64,000 bases of DNA from Vicugna vicugna (taxonomy: Eukaryota), in assembly GCA_013265495.1 (NCBI GenBank), contig MU057833.1, positions 40,646 to 104,645 on the forward strand, given 5' to 3'. Under the pieces are notes generated by a model. It saw nothing but the letters and a program-made list of their open reading frames with translations. It searched no databases and was not told the origin of the DNA. The position numbers and the translations under genes are program-made. Shown one piece after another: positions 14,100 through 27,699 of this stretch. Numbering within the stretch: the first letter of the stretch is position 1; each line of letters opens with the position of its first letter.

Positions 14100-15311
14100 T
14101 TTAAGAAAGAAGGAAATACTACCAGAGTAACCACTCCCATCCTTACAACGCTCCTTGTTGCTCTCCTCACCATAGCGCCAGCTCACAGGCACCCCTTACA
14201 CCACAGATGCCATCGCTAAACTTCCTCACGCATCTGACTGTCAGCTCAGCCCAGAGGACTGCAGCTGCGCCTCCCCAGAGGACATACGTCTTTTAGGACT
14301 CCTCGCCTCATTAGGGGACCTGGTGGGGCCAACGGCAAAATATGCTGGTTCCCACTTGCCATCCAGAGTGCAGGGCAGGGCAGGAGCTTCTCTGCTTGAC
14401 AGCGCCAGCTCACAGGCACCCCTCACACCACAGATGCCATCGCTAAACTTCCTCACGCATCTGACTGTCGGCTCAGCCCGTGCGGCTGCGCCTCCCCAGA
14501 GGACATATGTCTTTTAGGACTCCTCGCTTCCTTAGGGGACCTGGTGGGGCCAACGGCAAAATATGCTGGTTCTCACTTGCCATCCAGAGTGCAGGGCAGG
14601 GCAGGAGCTTCTCTGCTTGTCCAAATCAGGGGGAAGCGTGTTTCAACTTTCAGGCAAAGCTAGCCTGTTTTATTGGTACAAGCATCCAGGAAAAAAATTT
14701 TAGCTGGCCTAATGAAACATACCACAATCACACCCTAATGTTTGGTAATCATAGTGGGTGACAGACACCAACCAGACTGCCAATATCCAGTATATGGGAA
14801 AGGTCATTACCTGGTGGAAAAAACCTAGTGACCAAAATAAATAGAACAAAGACTCATAGTGAAAGCATAATAGTAGTTAACAACTCAGAAGACAAGGCCA
14901 GCAGAAGGGTCAGACAGCACTGCAGGCTGATGTTTAATATAGCTAGTATCCACTCCAATTTCTCCCATTTGCAGCTGCTGTGTCAGAATCTGAGATGCCA
15001 AGGGGGAAAGCCTCATGACTTCAGAAAAGTTCAACTGCAAGTGATGATGCATCAGAGATTTCAGTCCATCCTCCCTGAAGATAAAGACGATCAACGCCCA
15101 CTGGGCAGAGCTGCCACCTCCTTCCATTCCCCGCTCACCGTCTCCACCACCGTAAACAACCCTGCGACCCCTACCGCTGACACATGGCAAGGAGATCTGG
15201 GCCCCAGGTGGGGACAAAGCCCACGCTCAGCTTGAAGCAGTCATCAGAGATGAGCCATCAACTCTTTGCGCCTTGAAAGATTGTAAGGGTCCAGACGCCT
15301 CTAGGGGGGAA
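14100..15311 (+). mobile_element. Degenerate ERV1-like internal region (3' end / env tail)
   Basis: Env-tail-like KVQLQVMMHQRFQSILPED, cagcttgaagcagtc motif, and a purine tract AGGGGGAA just before the LTR. The left boundary is uncertain. Confidence 0.55.
14174..14619 (+). repeat. Tandem duplication, 2 x ~225 bp
   Basis: agcgccagctcacaggcacccc...gcttctctgcttg at 14174-14398 and again at 14401-14619, near-identical. Confidence 0.95.
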
Positions 15312-15891
15312 CATTAGAACAGGCACATAGCAGGGAAAGGGGAACTCAGGCCGAACCAGACATCTTGTAAACTAGGGCATTTCTTAGGCAGACAAAGAAA
15401 AGCAGGGACCTCTGGACTGACAGAGAAGCACACATTTTGGGGCGACAAGAGTCCTGGAGGCAGACAAGGAAAAAGTGGGAAAAGGTGGGACTCTCTGGCA
15501 TCCAAATGTCACCTTTTGCTTCTTAGGCCCTTCTTATAATAAAGTCAGTCTTGCACATATGAAGTGCCCATCATGCACTGACACCAGGACACTTCGGATC
15601 CAGACTAAATAAGGACAGAAGCCCCTCCTCCCCTCAGGAAGGTGGAGATGGGATGGAAATCAGAAAACATGACCCCAAATCCCTCTGCTCCCATGACTGT
15701 CCCAGTCACTTACTTTTACACCCTGTGTAGCCGGCTTGCCAAGGACACAGCACGGCCACTTGCCCGAGGCTGCGTGCTCTCTGTCGGAGAGTGTGCCGTT
15801 GCTTAATAAATCTTCAGTTTGCTTTCTTAACCTCTGGGTCTCACCCCTGAATTATTCCTGCAATTATACAAGAACCTACTCTCTGGTAACA
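15312..15891 (+). mobile_element. ERV LTR (3' LTR)
   Basis: Follows the PPT. Starts cattagaac (decayed tgttag), has AATAAA at ~15805 and ends tggtaaca. Confidence 0.75.
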
Positions 15892-17468
15892 GAAACAATC
15901 CGCTTTTAAACTTACATAGGACAAAGTGTTCTGTGAGAAGACAAAAATGTGTGTATGCCTGGCAACAGATGGTCTTGGTAGCATAACTTAATTCTGACTT
16001 TAATGGGAAGTTTTGATTAATTAAAGGATATTTGTTTGGGTAATAAATTATTCCTCTCAATTGCAGGTTCCGGTTTGGAACAGCTTGAGAATCATTTGTC
16101 TTTTCAAAGGAGAGACTCATTAAGATCTGAATTAACTGCCATATGCTAGATTTCTTTGTTTTGAAACGGTAAAAAAAAAGCAATGTATTGCAGGAGATGA
16201 ATGCCCTGGTCAAGGGCTCTGGGGGAAATTACTCAATGTTATTTGAGCACACCTGGGCTCCGTCAGCTGTCTCAGAAGGAAGAATGATCCTGCTGCAGTA
16301 AGGTGACACCCAAGGGCATCCTAGTAAAGAAAGTGGTGCAGTTCCTACAAGGATTATTTTCTCTGGTTGTCTGTTGTGTCAATGATGGACACTGGAAAAT
16401 GGTAAATTAAGCACCAAGTTCTTGGTAGGGTGGTCAGTGATCATCTCCGCCTGCTCCTGAGGATGAGCTGAGCTACAGCTGCCACAATTTAGCATCATTT
16501 TCTTCTACATGTCTTCATACCTGGACCAGATTGCTTACCATTTCGACTAACGAGTTGACACCATTGAAGCCATAAAGGGATATTTGCTGCAAATAAAGAC
16601 AGGCTCAGAAAATGGCAAAATAAGGATGAATTCTCCTAAGGAAGTCTGTGTATATAGCCTTGCCATTCCTAGGGGATGGAGAGATAAAAATTATAGTGTG
16701 GAAAAGAGAATTCAAGCTGACTTCCACATAAAACACATTTCAAGACAGGTAACACAGAACAAAGAGCCTCAAATAACACTAGAGTCTGCAAAAGGAAATA
16801 AAAGGGCAAGAAAGCTATGAGTTTAAAGTATTATGTTTCTACAGTCATTTTCCCAACAATTTTAGCCCATCAAAAATGCTCACACTTTGTCTGTAAAGAC
16901 AGTAACGTTTGTGATGCGCATGACCACTTACCCTGATCTTATTTTGGCCACAATGTAAAGTGTCCCTGACAAATAGCCTGTTTCTTCATGAGCAAAGTTT
17001 GAAAAAGCACTGAACTGCTTCTGTGGTCAGATCCTCCAAGTGCTAACAGATCAGAGGAATCTGAACATCACCAGCCTGGACCTACTGCTCAGACACCAAA
17101 GACAGAAAACAGAGCCTCTGGTGCCAATGCACAGCGCACACAGGAGTGAAATAATTGTCAGTGTTTGTTACTGCGTATTCAGTGCTCACTCGTAAATGAA
17201 CAGTGAAGTACTTTTTCTTTATTAAGTCATTTAATGCCCATGACAACTTTAACAGCTATGTAGTATAATAATCACATAACACAAATGAACAAGTTAATGC
17301 ACAGAGAAGGTAAGCGTCTTTACCAGACAGGCTTGATGTTAACATTGAATAGACAGGTGTTGGGGGGTGAGCATTAGAGATAAGCATATTGACAGTAGAA
17401 AATGTGACAGCTGTTAGCCTCATATAAGGGAGGTGCCTGTAAAAGCCAATAATTATTTTCCATTCCCA

Positions 17469-17980
17469 GAATACTACTCAGCCATAAAGAATGGCAACAT
17501 AATGCCAGTTGCAGCAACATGGATGGACCCGGAGAATGTCATTCTAAGTGAAGTAAGCCAGAAAGAGAAAGAAAATGCCATATGATATCACTCATGTGTG
17601 GAATTTAAAAAAAGAAAAAAGAGACAAATGAACTTACATATAAACCAGAAACAGACTCACAGACACAGAATACACACTTGTGGTTACCAGGGAGGAGAGG
17701 GGTGGGAAGGGATAAAGTGGGAGTTTAAGATTTGCAGATACTGACTGGTATATATAAATAGGTAAACAAGTTCATGCTGTATAGCACAGGGGAATATATT
17801 CAAGATCTTGTAGTAGCTCATGGTGAAAAATATATGAAAATGAATATATGTATACTCATGTATGACTGAAGAATTGTGCTGTACACCAGAAATTAACACA
17901 ACAATGTAATCTGACTATAACTCAATAAAAAAAGAAAATTCTAGAAAGTTCCAGAAAGCAAAATGATAATAATAATAATA
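17469..17980 (+). mobile_element. 5'-truncated L1 with 14-bp TSD
   Basis: L1 3' UTR and A tail. TSD attttccattccca at 17455-17468 and 17981-17994. Confidence 0.92.
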
Positions 17981-18468
17981 ATTTTCCATTCCCATTGTCC
18001 TTGCTCTTCCCATCTTCTTTCCCCTTCCCTTCACAGAGCACGGTTGTTGAAGGGTAATAGCTAGCTCAGTGGTGGTGGGAATGGGGAGAGGAGACATCCT
18101 GAGGCACAATGATACTGTGTCTGCCAGCGTCCAAGGATGCGAGGTGCTGGGCTGGGTGTAAGATACCACACAAAAGCACTTTGGCTGTGTACTCACTACC
18201 ACCTGATTACAAAGCACTCTGTGGCCGCGGAATCTACGCGAAGCATGTTGGCAGCGTAGGGTACATGCTGAAGGGGTTGGGTGCAGATGCAGCAGGTGGC
18301 AGCGATGGAGGAAATGAACAGCACACCTGCAGTGTCAGCTGCACTGAGCAAACAAGTAAATAAATACACTGAAGATATTGAAGGTTTCTCATTAGAGAAA
18401 GCACTTCAAAATATCCGAAGGGTAGAGAGACATCACCCTTGATGTTAGAATCCACTATATGTACCATT

Positions 18469-18630
18469 CATATATATATACATATAATATATATATATAT
18501 CATATATCATATCTAATATATATCATATATCATACATGTATATAATATATGTGTGTAATAAATCATTTATATATCATATGTAGTATATATCATGTATATG
18601 TCATATATGCTATATATGTACTATTATATA
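18469..18630. repeat. AT-rich (TA)n-like low-complexity tract
   Basis: Degenerate tatata/catata run. Confidence 0.85.
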
Positions 18631-18639
18631 AACCATAGT

Positions 18640-19204
18640 TTGATTTTTAAAAGACCTAGAAGTAATGACACCCCACTGGAAATGAACATATCCAGTACTC
18701 AGATCTTGGTTTTAAATACCATTAGGGCTCTTTCGATAAATATTAGAAAAATGTAATACTCTAGGACTGTGACAGGGAAAGGACGAGAAGAGCTTAGGAC
18801 ATCTTGCAGTGGCAGATGCTTAACAAATGTCAGAAACATGTCAAGAAGATACAAGAGTCAGCTTGAAGGGGCTCCCTTCTGGCCAACTGTGGGATGGTTA
18901 GGGTACCAAAATAAATGACAATAGCAACAGATTCAAAACGTTGAATGAAAAAGAAATTATGAGTTCATTCTGCTATAAATACATTATGAACACATTTATA
19001 AGTAGGGGGAAGTGGAAAGCTCTTTTTTATATTAAAATGCCCAAAATAATGTAGAAAATGAGGATGAAAATGGAAAAGTCGGGGGGCGGGCATAGCTCAG
19101 TGGTAGAGTGTGTGCTTAGCATGCATGAGGTCGTGGGTTCAATCCCCAGTCCCGCCAGCAAAAAAATAAATAAATAAACCTAATGACCTCCCTCCGCCAT
19201 CCTG

Positions 19205-19237
<33 letters not shown>

Positions 19238-20050
19238 TGGAAAAGTCACAGTTTGGCAGTCACCATAGTGCTTCCTGTTTCAGATAGGAGTTGACAATGG
19301 AAGTTAAGGTTGATGGGCAGTAGTTGATGGACAACAGGCCATTGGCATACTCTAGGAAAATACTCATCATTGGCAAAAGAAAAATTGTTAATTTATAGTG
19401 GGGCAGAAACTAATGGGACCAAGCATTTATGGTGGACATCATTGCTGGGTCGGGGGAATAGATGGATGTTCTATGCATCTGGTATGAAGCACTAAGAGGA
19501 ACAAACACTCTCTCCCTCTCTCCCTCTCCCTTTCTCTCTCTCTCTCCTTCTCTCTCTCTCTCTCCCCCTCTGCCAAGAAAGCATGGCATGGATCTAATCA
19601 TGAGATACTACTGAACAACTCAGTTAAGGGTCATCCTACAGAACTTAAGGCCTATATATTAAATGTCTAAGATATTAAGGACAAAGAAAGGTTGAGAGAT
19701 TATTGTAGTTTGAAGGAGACTGTATTAATATAGTGATTAAATTAATGAGCATTTCTGAATGAGAACCAAGACCAGAAAGAAAAAAGAGACATAGATGGGT
19801 AGCAATATTTTATTTATTTGAATTCCCTGATTTAGAAGACTGTACGATGGTTAGACAGGAGGGTGTTTCCCTATGTAAATGTAATAAACACTAGAGTATT
19901 TAGAAGTGTTGGAGAGGCTGGCTGTGGAGCAAATGCAGCAGAATAGAATTTTAATCGTTGGGTAACCTGGGTGGAAATAGGAGGTTTTATTTTTTGTACT
20001 GTACTTACTCTTTTAAGTTGAAGTTATTTCAAAATAAACTATTAAAAATA
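18640..20050 (+). mobile_element. Old L1M (L1MC/ME-like) 3' fragments
   Basis: Degenerate L1 3' UTR phrases such as cagatcttggttttaaatacc, ttgaaggagac and gttgaagttatttcaaaataaa. Confidence 0.55.
19081..19232 (+). mobile_element. tRNA-derived SINE (Vic-1-like) with 15-bp TSD
   Basis: A and B boxes and an A tail. TSD gaaaatggaaaagtc at 19066-19080 and 19233-19247. Confidence 0.93.
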
Positions 20051-20439
20051 ATAATGTATATATTATTATATATATATATCCTACCCCCAGACTGTAAATT
20101 TATAATCAGCAAGGGTCATTTTAAGCATACAGGTGAATTTCCCTGTGTGCCTTCATAAAACACTGAGGGACATGACTGCATCAACTCATGCTGAAATTAA
20201 TAATCATAGGAATGATTTTCAGGCTGGAAGTTCAGTTAGAAGGCCAAATATTAGCACTACATTTTTAAAAACTCACTAACCTTTTTTTAATCTCATTTTT
20301 TAAAAGTAAGTTTCAGTTATCTGGAAAATAATTGTGCAGAGTCATTCTTCTTCCAATGATGGTAAATAAATGAAACATCATTGTAATGATTTACGGCACA
20401 GTTCATTTATTGTTTGTACGTCAAGACAACAAATAGGAC

Positions 20440-20518
20440 AGATGTGCTTCTCAAAGTGTGATCCTTGAACCACCTACTGTGTAAGTATTTGGAATGCTTA
20501 TTAAAAATACACCTTTTA
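20440..20518 (+). mobile_element. MER5A-like DNA transposon, left part (continues at 22748-22825)
   Basis: ttctcaaagtgtgatcc...ggaatgcttattaaaaatac continues after the ACTR3 retrocopy as gatccaccccaatattactgaatcagaa. Confidence 0.7.
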
Positions 20519-22740
20519 CTGCTGCTCTCTCGCTGCTGCTTCGGCTTCCTGGCTCCGCCGCCCCCCGACGGAGAGGGCGCCGGCCATGGATGGTCAGGTA
20601 GCTTCTACCTCTTGCCACCCATCCCTGGCCACAACCAGCACGGAGCAGACGGTGGCAGCGGCGGCAGCAGGCGTGGAGGAAGACGGTGGGACGGCTGCCA
20701 GCCTGTGTGGTGGACTGCGGCACCAGGCATACAAAACTAGAGTATGCTGGAAATACAGAACCACAGTTTATCATCCCTGCTTGTACTGCCATTAAGGAGT
20801 CAGCACAAGTGGGCGATCAGGCTCAAAGGAGGGTGATGAAAGGTGCTGACAACCTAGACTTCCTCACTGGGGATGAAGCAGTAGAAAAACCTGCATATGC
20901 AACCAAGTGGCCGACCCGCCGCGGTGTCGTGGGAGATCGGGACTTGATGGAAAGGTCTGCGGAGCAAGTGATCTTTACACATTTAAGGGCAGAACCTGAG
21001 GCCATTATTTTCTCTTGACGGAGCCTCCACTGAGCGCTTCAGGAAACAGGGAGCGCACCGCTGACGTAGCGTGTGAGCCCTTCGGCGCTGCAGGCTTGCC
21101 CTCTGCTGCCCAGGCCGCTCTTGCCGTCGCTGCTTCCGGGGCCCCAGGACAAGGAGGAGAACGGACGCGCACGGGGACGGGGACAGACGGTGGGGACGGT
21201 GGCACTCACGTCTTCCCTGTGGCTGAAGGGTATGTGACTGGCAGCTGTATCGAGCACATTCCAATCGCAGGACAAGACAGCATGTATTTTATTTGGCAGT
21301 TACTGAGAGACCGAGAAGTAGGAATTCCCCCAGAGCAGTCCTTGGAAACTGCTACGGCAGTACAGGAGCGCTGTACTTGTGTCTGCCCAGATTTCGTAAA
21401 AGAATTTGACAAGTATGATACAGACGGATCAAAGTGGATTAAACAGTATACTGGATCAACGCTGTCTCAGAGAAAGAATTTTCCATTGATGTTGGGTAGG
21501 AGAGATTCTTGGGACCTGAAATTCTTTTTCGTCCAGAGTTTGCTAACCCAGACTTTACTCACCCATCTCAGAAGTTGTAGATGGAGTGATTCAGAATTGT
21601 CCTATGATGTCAGACGCCCTCTCTACGAGAGTATTGTCCTCTCTGGAGATTCAACCGTGCTCAGGGACTTTGGATGATGCTTGCAAAGAGATTTGAAAAG
21701 AACTGTAGATGCCAGGCTGAAATTAAATGAGGAATTGGGTGGTGGTAGACTGAAGCCAAAACCTATTGATGAACAAGTCATTACACACCACATGCAGCGA
21801 CATGCTGTTTGGTTTGGAGGATCCACGCCGGCTTCCACGCCTGAGTTCTACCAAGCATGCCACACCAAAAAGGATCATGAAAACTTGGACCTAGCATTTG
21901 TCATCACAATCCGGCGTTTGGAGTCATGTCGTAAAATTGGCTTCATAGTTTTTGGGGTTAGGGAGGTGGGGAAGAAATAATCTTTCTGATTACCTGTTTT
22001 GTCTGGATGGCTGGGTTTGAGGTTTTAAACCTGACTTGAAATAATAAGACCAAACATAATTATACAGGAAGATTTTAATAAGTATATCAACATGTGAATG
22101 TAGAGGAGATCCAAAATGATTAAGTGTTTTTCTTTAGGCTGAATGTTTGACTCTTGTGTGTAACAAAAAGAAGTGGGTTTTAGTTCTTTCTGTGCCCTGG
22201 TATTTTGTATATTATTGAATTATCCAAGATTTGACGGGATTTATCGGTATGTGGATAGCTCTAAAATGCTCGTATTGTACACTTGGAAGTGTGCAGTGCA
22301 AGAGCTTGTTTATATTTCATACTTTTTATACTTTAAGGGGGAAAAAGTCAAAGAAAAACTAGTATTTGAGGGGAAAAAAAGTGACCAAGTAAAGGATAAA
22401 TTCAAAAAATAGCCATGGGACTTGGTGTACACACACACTCACGGGATTCCAGTTATTATGAATTGCTTCCATCCTCCTGTGCCCCCCAATGCTTTTCTCT
22501 GCAAGTGCTCTGGGGACTAAAAAGCTAGTATCCTGGATTAACTGACGCCTGCTAGTGCTTTGTGATTATTCGCATTCTGTTTCTCGCTTCAAAGGAAAAG
22601 TAAAGACAAGACTGTTGGACCATTATTGCAGTTCTGTGGTGCCATTTCTTATTAAAAAATGAATAATTTGATTACCAAAATTGGTATATTTAAAGACTAA
22701 CACCATTCTAATAAAGGCACGAATTTCTTTAAAAAAAAAA
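20519..22740 (+). pseudogene. ACTR3: ACTR3 (Arp3) full-length processed pseudogene
   Basis: [12 protein letters not shown]...[12 protein letters not shown] through ...HTKKD. Former CDS ~20683-21934 with ATG->ACG, several frameshifts and a premature TGA at 21675-21677. It has 5' and 3' UTRs, AATAAA at 22710, poly-A at 22731-22740, and TSD acctttta at 20511-20518 / 22740-22747. Confidence 0.97.
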
Positions 22741-23909
22741 CCTTTTAGATCCACCCCAATATTACTGAATCAGAACCCCTAAAGAGAAGGCTCTGCGTTT
22801 CATGCATATCTGAATTTTAACCAGTGTTGCCTTCAGCCCCAGTTATTTCTTACAGACGTGGAATTCAAAGAATCCTTGTTATGGTGGGCTTACCTACACC
22901 TTGCACTATTAGAAAAGCCGTCAGTCTGTGTATCTTAGATACTTCACTTGTGAGAGCTAGATTAATTTTAATATTCAATGTGTCTATTGATGGCTTCATT
23001 CTGCTGTGAAAGCTAGGTTCTCTGTCCCTCAAAGAGCCCTTCATGCTTCACACTGAGCATTCTTGCTACCTTTGGGGTGAGTCAAGTCCACATTGTAACA
23101 CTTCCTGATAGATGCAGCAAATATTTTCTATTAATTTCCTCAGATAAGGAAGCTGGGATGGATAGAGGCTAAATGACTTGCCTTGGGCTACATATCTCAT
23201 GAGAGGAAGAAATCTAGTCAACAGGTCACTTGCCTCTGAGTATTTTTTTCTGCATGAAACACTGCTCTGAATTTTGGAAATCCAAAATAGATGATCCATA
23301 AATTTGGGGTTTTGTACACCACGATTTGTGGAGATGCAGGCAGGATGTCTATCTCATAATGAGTTATGCCATTCCAACTTCCACCCACTGCAAAATGAAT
23401 TTCTCCCAGGTCCCTCCAGCACAGCAATTTCTCAACTGACTCCAGTAGGAAAGAGTGAAATGGAATTCAACTTGCTATGTAAATCACTCACTTTTCCTTT
23501 TATGTTTGTTTATCCATTGCTAGTCTGTTAGCTTGTTTTTTTCTTTCCAAATCAAGCTAGTAGCCAGGTCCCCTGAACATTTGATTGATTTTATCCAACA
23601 GTATTGAGTGGTGGTCTTCCATCATAGCTTAACCTGCTCATTTCATATAGTCAAGATGGTCAAGACTCTACTGTTTCAACTTTAAAGACTAAAGAACTAA
23701 ACTTCATGGTGGTACCCTTTTGTTGTCCATCATTTGCTGTTCAGTAAGTATCAAATGTTGTTCAGAGATATCAATACATCTTGTAATCACAAAAAAAAAT
23801 GAGTTTCTTGACAATATTTTTTTTTCTTTTTAATTGCTTTTATTCACATTATCGCCTTAAATCCTCATGAAGTACTGATGATACAGGTAAACACACTTTT
23901 TCCAAAATA

Positions 23910-24075
23910 TAGTTGGTTAGGGGTGGGAAGGGATAATCTGGGAGTTTGAGATTTGCAAATATTAACCACTACATATAAAATAGATAAATAATAAGCTTTT
24001 TCTGTATAGCGCAGGGAGCTATATTCAATATCTTGTAGTAACCTACAATGAAAAATAATACAAAAACAAATACAA
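23910..24075 (+). mobile_element. L1 3' UTR fragment
   Basis: gggtgggaagggataatctgggagtttgag...ctgtatagcgcagggagctatattcaatatcttgtag. Confidence 0.8.
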
Positions 24076-25829
24076 GCCAGAGGACAATGAATTTTACCTA
24101 AAACTCTTACACTTCAGAAAATGATTAAAAATCTTTAAAACTAATAATTATGATTGCATTAATGAAGAGTTAAAAAAAAAGTACCTAAAATTTTGAGTTC
24201 AGAAAAAGTTTGCATGTATAACATTAAGAGATACAAGCAACTGATATTAGATGTTTAAGGACGGCAGTGCAGGCCTGCCTACAGACAGTGTTATCATGAA
24301 GGTCAAATGAGCTAATGTACTTGAAATAATGTTTGCTGGCTTGACTGTTTTAATTGTAAGAGCTTCAAGGTACAGACTGAGAGCTTCTTTCACTTCCAGA
24401 GTTTTACTCTGATCTCACATATTTGAAATCCTCAAACACTAGTGTTAAGTTGGCAGGACCCACAGATGCTGCCCTGGGTTAAATGTACTTTCCCTGTGCT
24501 TTCTAACAACTTGCATTTCCTTCATATTAACAAAAAGCAAAGGTCCTGTGAGAAATTTATATTCTCTCAAACCTTACCCTGAATTACTTTAATTCGATAA
24601 TCAGATCAAATCCGTAAGAGAGAGATTAGTGATGAATGCTTGGGGTTATCACCAAAATGGAAAGGGGAAATTTTAGAAAGACTTCTGGTAAGGAGTGAGC
24701 AGTGGGAGAAAAACTGGCGTCTTAAAGGCAAGAGAAAGGAGGCCGGTGATGGTCTGAAAGGGTCTCAGAGTGAGACTGGAGGAGAACGAAGACAGGCTGA
24801 GTGTACAGACTGCACCAAGATCTGTCGTCACCTCTGCTGGGTATTGTGACCTTTAAGTTTCTTTTAACTGAATTAAGGACTAGTTTGAAAACCTGAGCCA
24901 GCTTTCCCAGTTTTGCCTTATTTTCTTGCTTGTAACAAGAAGAAGAACAAAACAGAGAAAGAGAAATAATTAACTGGATTTGTCTGAAATTCTTTATTTT
25001 CATTTACAACCAATACATAGCTAGTGTGCAGCCATAGCTGAGGTGAAAAAGTCAGGTCACCTTATTTTGCGTAACTCAGGAACAAATCTGATACCACAGT
25101 TCTGTTGATTGGGAGGCCAAAATGGGCTTCAGTCTTTCCAGGGATCTCCTGGCGTCTCACTTCCCTGGGATGTCACCCAGCTTCTGGGAGAGGTCAGTAG
25201 CTGCAATGGCAGGACGCCCTGGTACAGAGCCACACAGGCTGCCACAAAGACGGCACCCCCAGGATGCAGGATGGGTAGGCTTATCCGCTGCCATTCCTGG
25301 GCCAACTAAACAGGCTTCAGGGTGCCTTCCCGAGCTGCAGTCAGTCTGTGGGCATTTCTGCCTCCTTAGCTGAGCTGCTGGGAGGGAACGAACGGACTGC
25401 TCCCCACGCCAGCCCTGCTGTGGGCTCCGGACGCTGCTTCCTCATCTAGGGGAACTGATGCCTTCGGGTAATCTCAAGGCAGTCCGTCTGCTCCTGGGAA
25501 ATCTGCAAGGTCTTTGGCTTTTCAAAAGTCTAAACAGATGATTTTAACTTTCTATTTTGCCGTCTGCTTGCCTCTGAGAAAAAGAAATACAAAGTCATGC
25601 CACTGCTGCAAGGCGGGAAATGATCACTCGTGGTGCTTACATATACAAAAACCATAGTTAGACTCTAAATAAATGGATAATAATACCAGAGCCATACACC
25701 AGTAGGTGGAGTGATAATCTATTAAATAACTAGTGGATGAGGTTTGGGGACAAAAATAAAGACTAGACATTACATGGAATCACTCTTTTCCTGGCAAAGT
25801 ATAAAGGATTTGCATGTATTGGCTCAATA

Positions 25830-26010
25830 CACCAAAATAGCCGGTTAAGGGAGTAACGTAATCATGCCCATTTTATAGATGGGCAAACCAAAGTTCAGAC
25901 TGGTTGATTAACTTGCCCTTAGGTCACAGAACATGGAAGCGCAGGTGCTCAGTCAGAACCCAGAGGCTGCCTCCAGAATGTGTTCCTAAAAGTAGAATAC
26001 ACTGCTTTTC
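25830..26010 (-). mobile_element. MIR-like SINE fragment
   Basis: cccattttatagatgggcaaac...taacttgcccttaggtcacag is typical of the MIR core. Confidence 0.6.
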
Positions 26011-27699
26011 TATATCCCTCTCCATCTTCAGTAAAGGAATTTTTCTTCTCTCTTTATTCTGCATCTTATGAAGAGCAGAGAATTAAATTCAACTCTTTAA
26101 GTCCTTCGTCATGATACAATAGAAACAGTCATGACATTGTTCTCCTTTGCTTGTCTCAGACAGCTGGTTTTGTGTGTTTTTGTTGCTGCTGTTGTTTTTA
26201 ATGAGCAACGTCCTTCCATCCTTCCAGGTCTTTTCTCATACAGCTTCTTGTCTCCATATGCTCTACCTTGGTCCTCCTCGCTAATAAGGGGCTTGTTCCA
26301 GTTCACCTTGTTGCCCTGCATTCTGTAAAGCCAGTGTCTTCCCGCTCGACCCTGGGTGAGTGGTCCCACGTGAGTTTTCTCATACTTTTGTTACAGTGGT
26401 TATCACTCTCAATTACTAACATATATAATTGGATGGCTGGTCCCACACAATGTCCACTTCATAAGGCAAAAGATGTCCCATGCCATTATTTCACATCTCA
26501 GTACGTAACACCATCTTAACAAATAATACGTGATTTATGTACGCTTTTTTGAAATAACTGAGCCATTGTTATAGGGATCTGTAGGAAAGAAAAAAACATT
26601 CAGTGTCTCGTGCTGTTGGAATTGTTGAGATTCAAAGGGGTTTTACAGCACATGATTTGAAATTTATTCGCTTCTTATCTTCTTCCAAATAGAAGCAGCT
26701 GCCCCTTAACTTTAAGACAGAAACTCGGTCTGAAGAGCAGCGCTTGCCCTGTTTCTGCAGATGTCTTCAAGGAGAGCGTGTGTGGGGGCAGCTGCCCTGA
26801 GGGTGAAAATTAAAGCTTGGCCTGCTTCACTTCTTACTGTGTTCATGAGGAATCATCTAAGTAAATTTTGTCTCACCAAATAATGATCTCATCTACTTTG
26901 CTAAATACCACCTTTTCCTTAACAGCCCGCTTTCAGAGAATGACTAACTCACAAGGCGGCCAGCGATTAGGGGGCACAGCCCTTCTTCCTTTCTTCAGAC
27001 TACCAGCCTCCTGCCGCAAATTATTTGGAGGAGAAACTTAACCAGGCAGCCCAAACCCCCTTCTCCAGCTCCCTGATGACTTAAAAGGTGCTATTCAAAC
27101 AGGTCTGGCTGAATTTTCCTTTGAATCAGCAAGTGTAGACTAACTCATCGAATGCGAATGCTGGTACAGACTTGCTTTATTTGGCAGCCCCAACTTTCAG
27201 GGCAAACCCCCTCCATTTTCCCTGCAAACGCTGCATGTGATGAGGGGGTGGGCTCATCCCAGAGACACGGCCTTCTGGACGGCTGGGAGCCACGCTGCAC
27301 TTTGGTCAAGTCTCTCACTGCAGGGGTCTGGACAGAGTAGCTACACGCTGAGAATTCTGCAGTTCTCACCAACACAATACCTACTTAGTAGACAATCAGT
27401 AAACTCTTGTTAAATGATTGAATGAACTGCGAGTCCCTCAAAGAGCTTGCTCAGATCACACACAATTGAGAAAAGAACGTTTGGTATAACACAGTCCCCC
27501 AAGGCTTGTCAAGCACCTTACTCCTTCTACTGCCAGCACTGCTAACTCATTTCATTATTATTACACTTGACAGGGAAGAAGAGTGACATATTTAACATGA
27601 TACGCTAAACAAAGTGGGTTTCAGGCCCACCTCTAGTTACTTTATTATTTCAATGTACTATTTCCTACCACACCCGTACCCCACTGTTGGGGAATCTGA

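Noticed and set aside
21015..21677. 220-aa ORF as a functional Arp3-derived retrogene
   Set aside because: It has a non-ATG start, radical substitutions in a conserved protein, and goes out of frame after ~21455.
25080..25510. Moderately GC-rich unique segment as an exon
   Set aside because: It has only short ORFs with no recognisable homology or clear splice pair.
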